Shown here piece after piece: positions 57,601-63,836 of a stretch of 64,000 nucleotides of DNA. The translations under genes and the position numbers were made by a program. This stretch comes from Candidatus Omnitrophota bacterium. GTDB taxonomy: Bacteria; Omnitrophota; Gorgyraeia; Pluralincolimonadales; Pluralincolimonadaceae. Below the pieces are notes generated by a model. That model saw nothing but the letters and a program-made list of their open reading frames with translations. It made no database searches and was not told the origin of the DNA. The stretch covers positions 68,236 to 132,235 of the forward strand of contig JAQUPL010000004.1 in the NCBI GenBank assembly GCA_028716565.1. The letters are read 5' to 3'. Position 1 is the stretch's first letter, and every line of letters begins with the position of its first letter.

Positions 57601-58926
57601 ATTAGTATTTTGGGTATAGGTGCCGTTGACCGTAAAGTTATAGAATGTGGTCGTGCCGCCTCCGGTCAGAAGCTTGGTCGTGCCGGCTACCGTGGTGGTG
57701 CCGGAGCTGGACTGGGAGATGGTGCCGGCATTCCTTATATCGTCTGAGACGCTTAAGTTCTTGGCGCCCATGCTTAAGGTGGCGCCGGATTCTATCTGGA
57801 GGTCTCCGGTGCCCTGGACGGTCACGTTGCCGCCCGGGGCGAAGGTCTTGGCGCTTGAACCCTCCAGGAAGAGCTCGATATTGCTGTCTACGGTTAGATT
57901 GCCGCCTGAGGCGGCCGAGACGGAGTAGAGGATATTTGCATTACCGTCGTCAACCTTGTAAAGGTCATCGTTGGTCATGTTGGTCGTGTCGTTATTAAAC
58001 ACGACAACATGGTCTTTATAAAGGTTAAGGTTGGATACGTTGCTTGTGCCTCCGCATCTATAGACTGAGGTAGCCTTATCGCTGCCGGTAAGGCAGGCAC
58101 TGATTATATCGTTATCTCCGAGCTCTCCGCTTTGAAGGGTCACGGAATAGACGCCGTTGGCATCTGTCGTGGCCGTAAAACTGGACGTCCTGGACAATGA
58201 GCTGTCGTAGACGATCACCCTGACGGGCGCGCCGGATATAGGAGTAGCTTCGGTGTCATCGGTGTAGACGGTGCCTCCCACGGTGGGCCCCGAGGGAGCG
58301 GATGTACCGGCGTACAAATCGTCCAAACTCACCGCACCGCTACAACCGGAGGCCCAGTCCTTTATCCCAAAGACCGGCCGGCCATAAGCAGCAGTGGACG
58401 GTGACGTAATTTTTGCGGATACATTTTTCCAAATATTATAAGGATCGGTACCGTCCGGATAAAGATAGCCTATGAAATCTTCCGAGATCTTCGCACTCCC
58501 TGATGTATACCACTCGACTTTAAGGTACCCATTCCAAAGGTGCAAGGGGTCGGTAGACAGATTATAAAAATAAGCATTAAAGTAATAGTCTGTACTCGCG
58601 GTTACGGCAAAGTCCTGCCAGAGACCAGAATCATCCCACCACATCTTTACTGCCTTTGAGCCGCTGATCGTATGGTTATAATCGTTGTGATGCCAGCCGC
58701 TATTACCCCAGCTGCTCCAGTCAGTGATCGTTACATAGCCTAATTGCCCTGTATCGCCTACTTCAAAATCTCCGTTCTTTACAAGGCCCAGGTCTCCCGC
58801 GACGGCTTCGTTGCAGGCGGCAAACAGCGAAAATACCGCCGCAAAAAGCAAAAGGGCGGGAAAAAATCCCGCCATTTTGTCGCTGAAAAATCCTTTTATT
58901 TTGTTAGACCCTTGCCTAACTTTCAT
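48652..58926 (-). CDS. Giant secreted multidomain protein (3424 aa): a CBM4/9-like N-terminal domain, a CarboxypepD_reg-like domain, about 2000 aa of T/G/N/S-rich parallel-beta-helix-type repeats, a beta-sandwich domain, thrombospondin-type-3-like Ca-binding repeats, and a C-terminal peptidase C25 (gingipain-like) domain
   Basis: It has a signal peptide, and the N-terminal domain begins NGDFEVG...W. The C-terminal 420 aa align to gingipain hallmarks: ADYIVISYG...TYVLLVGD, NYVGHGS (catalytic His, cf. RgpB NYTGHGS) and PFVVSFDCLDGYF (catalytic Cys, cf. PFIFDVACVNGDF). DSDGDGMTDD...DPDGDGFTN forms calcium-binding repeats. The possible true start is MAGFFPALLLF at 58875. Confidence 0.85.
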   Translation of the reverse strand: MKVRQGSNKIKGFFSDKMAGFFPALLLFAAVFSLFAACNEAVAGDLGLVKNGDFEVGDTGQLGYVTITDWSSWGNSGWHHNDYNHTISGSKAVKMWWDDSGLWQDFAVTASTDYYFNAYFYNLSTDPLHLWNGYLKVEWYTSGSAKISEDFIGYLYPDGTDPYNIWKNVSAKITSPSTAAYGRPVFGIKDWASGCSGAVSLDDLYAGTSAPSGPTVGGTVYTDDTEATPISGAPVRVIVYDSSLSRTSSFTATTDANGVYSVTLQSGELGDNDIISACLTGSDKATSVYRCGGTSNVSNLNLYKDHVVVFNNDTTNMTNDDLYKVDDGNANILYSVSAASGGNLTVDSNIELFLEGSSAKTFAPGGNVTVQGTGDLQIESGATLSMGAKNLSVSDDIRNAGTISQSSSGTTTVAGTTKLLTGGGTTTFYNFTVNGTYTQNTNITTSNTLTINDNKSLSLDASSASVTVEVGGSIVNNGNADGEGIVLTNSTNNIIIKGSSGAKRALTNNNIDFNTKTVHLNNMDIQVATNLDEAGDSIVLDSACEFDAVTLNGNATTSFTTGAYTATVGGTITNTYGTITVTASGSIAAGSNGITNGNGTNASVITNNGSIACGTFENKASASYTASAGAGRSLSSAGAITINGTFTANSSTITMTGDGHLTVTGTFNYGTSTVNLQGTGNLVSDGWFQAKFYNLTCAAAGKTTTVTGGDAWNGIDVRGTLTTAATGTLTSAAERRVVMYDTSAVVNGGVINVTELEFAIVTGGTATLGGGDYEDTAIQMTAGGTLTLGGDITDSGDWRIGYNVGAENKTSILNLNGKNINVPTANINVGQSGCLTRVGQITCGAGSITAATLHVFSADNSGAKSSIDLGSGTHTFSGNVTIDATNGAAQARLTLSSATTSVGGNWDNNGTVNAAGTLILYGTTSTTFDAGAPATSGYNNIRINKTAATGADDNVTFQNDAPTISGTLTITDGELIQQVAITTGAVTLSDATSKWTNVTDNANVTLSGGVSNAGIIAFDAPTGDLIQIRSSASPTQRNWQGAGTFTMVDVDVQDQTCIGGTPATIIVTSGTDSGNNINWIFGTSTISGTAFTDDTETTPITNTAVTVVVYNGATRSVYTTTTSDPGGTYTITNGTLADNYIICVYLNTGGATKGTTAYRCSGAGNVSGVNIYQDHLVVFNTDTTNMTNDDLYNADDGDSDVLYSVSAASGGNLTVDSNIELFLEGSSAKTFAPGGNVTVQGTGDLQIESGATLSMGAKNLSVSDDIRNAGTISQSSSGTTTVAGTTKLLTGGGTTTFYNFTVNGTYTQNTNITTSNTLTINDNKSLSLDASSASVTVEVGGSIVNNGNADGEGIVLTNSTNNIIIKGSSGAKRALTNNNIDFNTKTVHLNNMDIQVATNLDEAGDSIVLDSACEFDDMTVTVGTLDNSGGHTLIVGGNWEVSGTGTFTPGTGASWVNLSGAGKNITTTSSNSDAFYNLDVSGSYTLLSSIDLTQHIKISSTGTLDASNKTITLTGAGGNFDVDGTFIYGTSTVVIQVTSEIQSAAGSGGVFRAGFYDLTIGKVSATPTVTATSDASWEGIQVYHTLTILSGATLTSPFERKVQMKNGSTIVNSGTCNPVELEFELGSSAGTATMGGGVYTAEHIQIGRGIVTLAGAVTASNEWRVGFWQANSTAVLNLDGYDLTSSGNFLIGRDTSGTEVGQVTTGSGDITAVNFWINDSVNGSDHCSFTVGSGSTCTFSAELLSHVNGVITNNGSLVCGNFTIEAGGTYTANTADCSLSCADFTNAGTFTNSQTNTVSASGNVVITAFGATTTKNTLTMTGDGKYINSSAHLGNLVNNGGTTGSRNYIHTNNLVLDGTFTNNSGKYFTTLDDDAATSKNLTTGDGGTNGTITINGPFYANASTITIQDATTGNFDVNVQANFQWGTSLVDLKGTGSIIGHSHYITFNSLTCGYAGKTTSINMGADWMGFDIHGTLTVGTGVLQQSVANQKIFVYGATIVNSGTIYVTELWFDLAAPTTMNGGDLSTTQIFIANGATLTLTGNVTHSGNWQTGHQGQNTTNVLNVNQYNIVSSGWFDAGEWNLTEFACVGQVNVTTGNITVGLDMHVYPRINGSDISYIDLGSGTHSIGLELGIVTSGTVPESTANAELTLSSGTTTVGGNFKNLGTSAQVIANGGTVVFNDNTRTSTIYGSTSFYNLTCTTAGKTLLFNVETPPNNYCTTVTNNLNFSGASGAGNQITLGRSDGSGSNQWAVYPAGSKGASPGWTAAYVDVSNSVNLNANYINPDNSNDGGNNTNWFSPTLVKLTSFYAIGYFDKVDIRWNTASEYNNAGFNLYVSTNKNGPYTKLNPSLIPGLGTSTIGGEYFYPDGNVTGGNTYYYKLEDVEFSGRTRMHGPVTAHPGLDSDGDGMTDDWEIYHGFDPHDPGDASLDPDGDGFTNLEEFLHGTDPKQKEEEAQEGIRVINSDESGITLELVTSEFKATPKKIGGVTYQVLGIPGYEHGYTDEQGKPRMPLKPVLLSIPQGVSCAVADLDFDVVELSGYNIYPVRTSRVIGDLKKTMTADENLKAEKPRFKKIESQLIVDKKFYSADEYYPVDIVSLGFVGEMRGQRTACVNIAPLAFNPARHDLKFYKRIRVKLQFSANEVNPPVEPPLPLPGKYSKVKAYTTKEGLHRIGWDDLWNADFYDIMRLDPRKIRCYNKGKEVALRISGEEDGIFGRYDYIEFYAQANNSKYSKENVYWLTYDQGAGLRMENAPADTHEPAEAPDRFRAVTRLEKNDYYWGERKGPEDVDRWFWDSYIWGGAQVDYQIDLKDINLLHPGDEAKVRVAYYALFDVGHQTSTYLNNGLIDYVSWEGQDEHVVEINVPQDVLVEGGNTITIAAQLPPGAEYDLLVPNYFEVEYWRNFVADDNLLDFSYKSVNGGVDEFNISGFTRDDAELFDITEPATAKYVTGFRVVFQTNGSYSLIFRYDFKPGEEKRFLALTPDKANLAERLKIDAPSKLSSPENKADYIVISYGAFKNSLSPLERLYRNKRLNVSVVDVEDVYDEFNYGLVSPYAIKDFLRFAYNRWRHPVPTYVLLVGDANYDYRDCLGSGKINYVPAYLLPDVPYLGETASDNWFVCLDPPQLVGGQVQDDILPDMFIGRIPARNEDEVDNVVRKTVVYANLRSREYSRKVVLAADDEALFEQISDNLLQYLPKKAIPVKLYLSGYADYSQFTRDMINNINSGAVLLNYVGHGSTDLWTQEGLFNTGTVGLLDNYRKYPFVVSFDCLDGYFLHPEEGNESLAEVFLKRRDAGAIACFSPTGMGVPEGHQALSEELYKSIFVDGNYRLGPATTKAKINFFSNTGGQHKDLIQTQTLFGDPALSLNIEKNIKVKKIEIQSGSNQPSLSIPADSFANILREVLTNVKDNERWKDGSKESKEPED
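54677..55323. repeat. Copy 2 of a 647-bp, 100%-identical intragenic direct repeat, the core of a diverged 2607-bp tandem duplication
   Basis: It is identical to 57284..57930. The opposite-strand shadow ORFs 55040..55321 and 57647..57928 give identical 93-aa products. Identity decays in the flanks. Confidence 0.85.
57284..57930. repeat. Copy 1 of the 647-bp identical intragenic direct repeat
   Basis: It is identical to 54677..55323 at an offset of exactly 2607 bp (869 codons), so it is in frame. It encodes LYSVSAASGGNLTVDSNIELFLEG...SACEFD in both copies. Confidence 0.85.
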
Positions 58927-59123
58927 TCAAATTCGCTCCCCTTAAAATTTTCCCAACTATTTCTGCTGTATGATTATACATAAAATACACGTGGTTGTCA
59001 AGGAGCGAAAAATATCCCTGTTTATCGCCCCGCTGAGCAATGGATTTATCCGGGTTTTTCGGGCCATTTTTCTTCTTGACAAGGGGGCGTTTTCTAATCA
59101 TAATGCGTAGTATTCATAAAAAG

Positions 59124-59846
59124 ATGAACATCTCTATCCATCAGCCCCAATATTTGCCCTGGCTTGGTTATTTCGACAAAATAGAGAGTGCCGAAAGCTT
59201 CGTCCTTCTGGATAACGTCCAGTTCGCCAAGGGCAGTTTCCAGAACAGGAACCGGATAAGGACGAAGGACGGCTGGATATGGCTGACCGTCCCCGTCATA
59301 ACGAAAGGGCATTTCGGCCAGGCCTTAAATGAAGTCGAGATAAACAATAAGGTCTGTTGGCAGCACAAGCACTGGCAGAGCATCAAAATAAACTACAACA
59401 GGGCAAAACATTTTAAAGAGCACGGCCCGTTCCTCGACGCGGTATATTTTAAGCGATGGGAAAGGCTTGTCGACCTGAACGTCTTCATAACAAAATATAT
59501 ACTGAGTTACCTGGGGATCGAGCGAAAGATATATTTTGCCTCTCGCTTGAAGATCGACGGCAACAGCACCGACAGGTTGATCAATATATGCAAATGCTTG
59601 AACGCCGACGCGTACCTGTCCGGGACCGGCGCATATGATTATATAGACGCGGCAAAATTCGCCAAAGAGAAGATCAAGCTGAAATTCCAGGATTTCACGC
59701 ATCCCGCGTATAACCAATTATATTCCCCGTTCATACCGTATATGTCTATAATGGACCTGATCTTTAACTACGGGCAAAAAAGCCTGTCTATACTCTCGGG
59801 AAAACTCGAACATGAATATATTAGCGATCGGGGCGCATCCGGATGA
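59124..59846 (+). CDS. WbqC-family protein
   Basis: MNISIHQPQYLPWLGYFDKI is the WbqC N-terminal signature. The tracked ORF starts upstream at 59040. Confidence 0.75.
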   Translation: MNISIHQPQYLPWLGYFDKIESAESFVLLDNVQFAKGSFQNRNRIRTKDGWIWLTVPVITKGHFGQALNEVEINNKVCWQHKHWQSIKINYNRAKHFKEHGPFLDAVYFKRWERLVDLNVFITKYILSYLGIERKIYFASRLKIDGNSTDRLINICKCLNADAYLSGTGAYDYIDAAKFAKEKIKLKFQDFTHPAYNQLYSPFIPYMSIMDLIFNYGQKSLSILSGKLEHEYISDRGASG

Positions 59847-60426
59847 CATCGAATTCGGCTGCGGCGGCGCGTTAACAAAATATTCCAAAGCCGGGCACAA
59901 GATCTGCCTTTTGATCTTAAGCAGAGGCGAGGCGGGCGGAAACCCCGGATTAAGGACGAAAGAGCAGGAGGAGGCGGCGAAACTCCTGAAGGCAAAAAAG
60001 GTATACTGGGGAGATTTCCCCGACGCGATGATCCCCGAAGGACAACCGCTTATCTCCTTTATCGAGGATATACTCGATAAAACTAACCCCGACATCGTCT
60101 TCACCTGTTATCCGGATGACATTCACCAGGACCATAGAAATGCCGGGAAAGCGAGCCTTGCGGCGGCCCGATCCATAAAAAATGTCCTCCATTACGAATT
60201 ACCCGGCAGCCAGGGGCTTGACCCCGATATTTTCATAGACATAAGCGACACGCTGAACGCCAAGATAAAACTTCTAAGGTCCCACCGTTCCCAGATCAAA
60301 AAAACGCCTAACCATAATTCAAACATTTTAGGGATCGTAAGGTCCTGGGCGGCCTTCAGGGGAACTCAAGCAAGGGTAAAATACGCGGAAGGTTTCAAGT
60401 CCCACCGGCTGTTGCTAAAGATATGA
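59812..60426 (+). CDS. PIG-L/LmbE-family N-acetylglucosaminyl deacetylase
   Basis: It reads MNILAIGAHPDDIEFGCGG...HQDH and is 204 aa. Confidence 0.85.
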   Translation: MNILAIGAHPDDIEFGCGGALTKYSKAGHKICLLILSRGEAGGNPGLRTKEQEEAAKLLKAKKVYWGDFPDAMIPEGQPLISFIEDILDKTNPDIVFTCYPDDIHQDHRNAGKASLAAARSIKNVLHYELPGSQGLDPDIFIDISDTLNAKIKLLRSHRSQIKKTPNHNSNILGIVRSWAAFRGTQARVKYAEGFKSHRLLLKI

Positions 60427-61442
60427 AACCGCTGATCCTGTTATTGATCTCTTTTTTGAGCGCCCTTATCTTAACCCCCATTGCGAAATTAATTGCCCGA
60501 CGTTTTAAGATACTGGACCTTCCGAACAAGAGAAAAATCCACAAAGCGCCTGTGCCCCTGCTGGGCGGAGCCGTGATCTGGCTCTCTTTTTTGATCGCGA
60601 TTTTATATGCGGGGCCGCGGCAGAGTGAAATAAAAGGGCTGGTTTTAGGCGGAAGTTTGGTTTTTCTCGTCGGGCTGATCGACGATATAAAAGGGTTATC
60701 CGCGTTATTCAGGCTTATAATCCAGATCATAGCATCGGCGATAATCATAAAATCCGGCGTCTGCCTGTCGTTTCTTCCTCCCACTTTATGGGGCGATATG
60801 GCTGAAGCATCGCTGACGGTATTTTGGGTCGTCGGCATAACGAATGCCCTGAATTTCCTGGACGGCCTGGACGGCCTGGCGACGGGAGTCAGCGCGATAG
60901 CTTTGGCCTGTTTTTTGATAATCGGGATATTGACCGGGCAGCCGGTCATTATCGCATTGACATTGGCCGCATTAGGCAGTTGTCTGGGATTTTTAACGTA
61001 TAACTTAAGGCCTGCCAATATTTTTTTAGGCGACGCCGGCAGCAACTTCCTGGGCTTTATTTTGGCCGGTTTTGCTATTTTAGGGGACTGGGCATACAAT
61101 AATACGGTGGCGCTTGTTGTGCCCGTCTTGATCCTGGGTGTCCCGATCTTCGACGTGATCTTCACGACGGTCATGCGGATCAAGAACGGAGAGGTAAAAA
61201 ACCTGAAGGAATGGCTGGAGTATACCGGGAAGGACCACTTCCACCATCGCCTCCTGGACATGGGTTTCAATCCTTTGACGGCAACGGTATTTATCTATTT
61301 CGTAAGCTTAGCCTTCGGGATCAGCGCAATTGTTCTATTGAAAGCTCCCTTGATTCATGCTATACTGCTCCTGGTGCAGATATCTATAATCTTTACCCTC
61401 ATTGCTGCTTTAATGGTCGTCGGTAAAAAGGCGACGAGGTAA
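60423..61442 (+). CDS. Undecaprenyl-phosphate sugar-1-phosphate transferase (WecA/MraY family, Glycos_transf_4)
   Basis: It is 339 aa and polytopic with ...LIGLIDDIKGLSA... and the NALNFLDGLDGLA motif. Confidence 0.85.
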   Translation: MKPLILLLISFLSALILTPIAKLIARRFKILDLPNKRKIHKAPVPLLGGAVIWLSFLIAILYAGPRQSEIKGLVLGGSLVFLVGLIDDIKGLSALFRLIIQIIASAIIIKSGVCLSFLPPTLWGDMAEASLTVFWVVGITNALNFLDGLDGLATGVSAIALACFLIIGILTGQPVIIALTLAALGSCLGFLTYNLRPANIFLGDAGSNFLGFILAGFAILGDWAYNNTVALVVPVLILGVPIFDVIFTTVMRIKNGEVKNLKEWLEYTGKDHFHHRLLDMGFNPLTATVFIYFVSLAFGISAIVLLKAPLIHAILLLVQISIIFTLIAALMVVGKKATR

Positions 61443-61444
61443 CG

Positions 61445-62260
61445 ATGTACGAGGAATATTGGAAGCTTAAAGAAAAACCTTTCGAGAACGTCCCTGACCC
61501 GCGTTTTTTATACCATTCCCCGAAACACGAAGAAGCTCTGATGCGCATGTTCTACGCTGTAAGGGAAAGAAAAGGCGCCGCCTTGCTTACGGGCGAATAC
61601 GGAAGCGGAAAAACTATTTTAAGCCGCGTGCTTATCTCGGAACTCACCAAGAAAGACTCCCGGTATAAAGTCGCTTTGATCGTAAACCCGAAACTTTCTC
61701 CCCGGGATTTCCTGAGGGAGATATTATTTCAAATTGAAGGCACTGATGTAAACGGCGGCAAACTGCAACTGCTACATATGTTAAATGAAAAATTATATGC
61801 CGATTTAAATAATGACGTGGAGACGGTGATCATCATCGATGAGGCACAGGCGATCGATAGGGCCGAGGTCTTTGAGGAATTGAGATTGCTGCTTAATTTC
61901 CAGTTAAACAACAGATTTCTTCTTACCCTTGTCCTCGTCGGCCAACCGGAACTTAAAGAGAAAGTTTACAAGATCCCTCAGCTTGAACAACGGCTCGCCA
62001 TAAGATATCATCTGAATAAACTAGATTATGAAGAGACGAAGCAGTATATCATCCATCGCTGCACGATAGCCGGCGGAGAAAATGAGATCTTTACCGATAC
62101 CGCCTGTAAGGTTATCTATGAAGCCTCCGAAGGGATCCCAAGACGCGTAAATAACCTCTGCGATATGGGGTTGATAGTGGGGATGATGGCCAAAGCGCCA
62201 AACGTGGATGAAAAGGTCATGCAGGAAGTGGCTGAGGACTTCGGCGTCATAAGAAGATGA
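61445..62260 (+). CDS. ExeA-like AAA ATPase of the PEP-CTERM-locus secretion ATPase type
   Basis: It has Walker A GEYGSGKT and Walker B IIIDEAQ and is 271 aa. The N-terminus resembles GspA/ExeA. Confidence 0.7.
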   Translation: MYEEYWKLKEKPFENVPDPRFLYHSPKHEEALMRMFYAVRERKGAALLTGEYGSGKTILSRVLISELTKKDSRYKVALIVNPKLSPRDFLREILFQIEGTDVNGGKLQLLHMLNEKLYADLNNDVETVIIIDEAQAIDRAEVFEELRLLLNFQLNNRFLLTLVLVGQPELKEKVYKIPQLEQRLAIRYHLNKLDYEETKQYIIHRCTIAGGENEIFTDTACKVIYEASEGIPRRVNNLCDMGLIVGMMAKAPNVDEKVMQEVAEDFGVIRR

Positions 62261-63405
62261 TACGACTTTCAGACTTAATAAAGCTTACGCAAAAAATTTC
62301 AAAGAAACCCGAGCCTCCGAAAGCCCCGGCTGAAGATAAAAAAGAGGAGCCGGCGGAAAAACAAGAGGAAAAAAAGACGGAGCAATCTTACCTTAAACTC
62401 GCACAGGCAATAAAGGAGATGGACCGTAAAGAATCTAAAAAGGAAGAGCCGACCTACCAGGTCCAGATCTCGAAAGCGATAAATAAGATGAAGGAAGATA
62501 AAGAAGAGTCTTTTCTGATCTATGAGGAAGCGTATAACCTGATAAAAGATATCTTCGATAAGGTAAAAAACGACCAGCCGTTCGATTGCCAGCAAGTGGT
62601 CCTCGTGATAAGGAAGATGGTAGACCAGATCTGTTTAGGCGGACACGAGTTAACGGTGCTAACAAGCAGGTGCTCGCCCGAGAACTATCTGTGGTGCCAC
62701 GCCGTGAACGCCTGCATCATCTCCCTTTTGATCGGGGCAACATTAGGCTATAACAAGTCTAAACTCCAGGAATTAGGGATCGCGTCATACCTTTACGACC
62801 TGGGGATGATCAAAGTCCTGGATCTGGTGGAAACCCCGAAACCGTTAAACGAAGCTGAATTCGATGAGGTCAAAAAACACCCCCGTTACTCATCCGATAT
62901 CCTAAAAGGGCCCAAAGAGGATATATTGCAGCTCGCTATCAAGATCGCCCGTCAAGTCCATGAAAGGATCGACGGTTCGGGTTACCCCGACGGCATCAAA
63001 GGCGAAGATACCCATGAATATACGCAAATTATCGCGTTAGCGGATATGTACGAGGCGATGACGCACCCCCGCCCTTACAGGGACGGGTATTTCCCGCATG
63101 ATGCGATCAAGGAAATATTAAGAAGATCGGAACAGTTCTCGCCGTTAGTCATTAAAGCCTTGATAAAGCGCGTTAGCCTCTACCCCATCGGGACGTGGGT
63201 CAAATTGAACACCGACGAAGTCGGAAAAGTAGCGGAAGTCCACGAAGATTATCTACTGCGTCCGGTCGTAAATGTAGTCTTCGATATAAACGGAAGGAGG
63301 TTAGACGAGGTAAAGTCGATCGATCTCTCGAACCAGCAAAGCATTTATATAAAAGAGAGCGTCGACCTATCGAAATTGGCGTTTAAATTGGATACGGGTA
63401 AATAA
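62257..63405 (+). CDS. HD-GYP domain protein with a K/E-rich N-terminal low-complexity region
   Basis: It has HD (H...HDLGM) and GYP (RIDGSGYPDG) motifs and is 382 aa. Confidence 0.8.
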   Translation: MIRLSDLIKLTQKISKKPEPPKAPAEDKKEEPAEKQEEKKTEQSYLKLAQAIKEMDRKESKKEEPTYQVQISKAINKMKEDKEESFLIYEEAYNLIKDIFDKVKNDQPFDCQQVVLVIRKMVDQICLGGHELTVLTSRCSPENYLWCHAVNACIISLLIGATLGYNKSKLQELGIASYLYDLGMIKVLDLVETPKPLNEAEFDEVKKHPRYSSDILKGPKEDILQLAIKIARQVHERIDGSGYPDGIKGEDTHEYTQIIALADMYEAMTHPRPYRDGYFPHDAIKEILRRSEQFSPLVIKALIKRVSLYPIGTWVKLNTDEVGKVAEVHEDYLLRPVVNVVFDINGRRLDEVKSIDLSNQQSIYIKESVDLSKLAFKLDTGK

Positions 63406-63421
63406 AGATCGGAGGTAAACG

Positions 63422-63604
63422 ATGAAGAATTTAGCCGTTGTATCAATAATTGCGGGAATACTCAGCTTCGCGGTCGGGATTTATTCACGATTGATCCTTA
63501 AACCCGTTTACGGCCTTGAGACAAGGGCTTTCGTCGGATTTGCAGCCGTCTGCCTTCTGCTTGCCATCGCCCTCGCGACATTGAATTTATTCGGTAAGAA
63601 ATAG
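63422..63604 (+). CDS. Small two-TM hypothetical membrane protein
   Basis: It is a 60-aa ORF with two hydrophobic helices. It is unsupported beyond its ORF structure. Confidence 0.35.
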   Translation: MKNLAVVSIIAGILSFAVGIYSRLILKPVYGLETRAFVGFAAVCLLLAIALATLNLFGKK

Positions 63605-63650
63605 AGCCCGGGACCTGGGACGGCCCCGCTAAGCGAAGAAGCGTTCCTTT

Positions 63651-63836
63651 TTATAATGCCGGGGATTGAAATTCCTCTTTTATCTTTTCATTCACTATCT
63701 TGCACAATTCGAAGTTGCCGCAGGAGGAACAGCAGCGGATCTTCACTCCCCTCGCCAGGCTATCCAGGCGGGTCTTGCAATCCCAGAAGATCTTGCACTG
63801 GACGCAGCAATTGAATTTCTTCGACTCGTCATTCAT
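63651..63836 (-). CDS. Small cysteine-rich protein (two CCxxC motifs)
   Basis: It starts MNDESKKFNCCVQCKIFWDCK...IRCCSSCGNFELCK. The start ATG overlaps the stop of the upstream partial ORF. Confidence 0.4.
   Translation of the reverse strand: MNDESKKFNCCVQCKIFWDCKTRLDSLARGVKIRCCSSCGNFELCKIVNEKIKEEFQSPAL

Noticed and set aside
54524-57998. Plus-strand ORFs inside the giant gene (54524..55012, 55038..55391, 57257..57619, 57645..57998 and others) with W/R/C-rich products
   Set aside because: They are shadow ORFs of the GC-skewed repeat region. They are useful only because their identical translations reveal the 647-bp perfect repeat.
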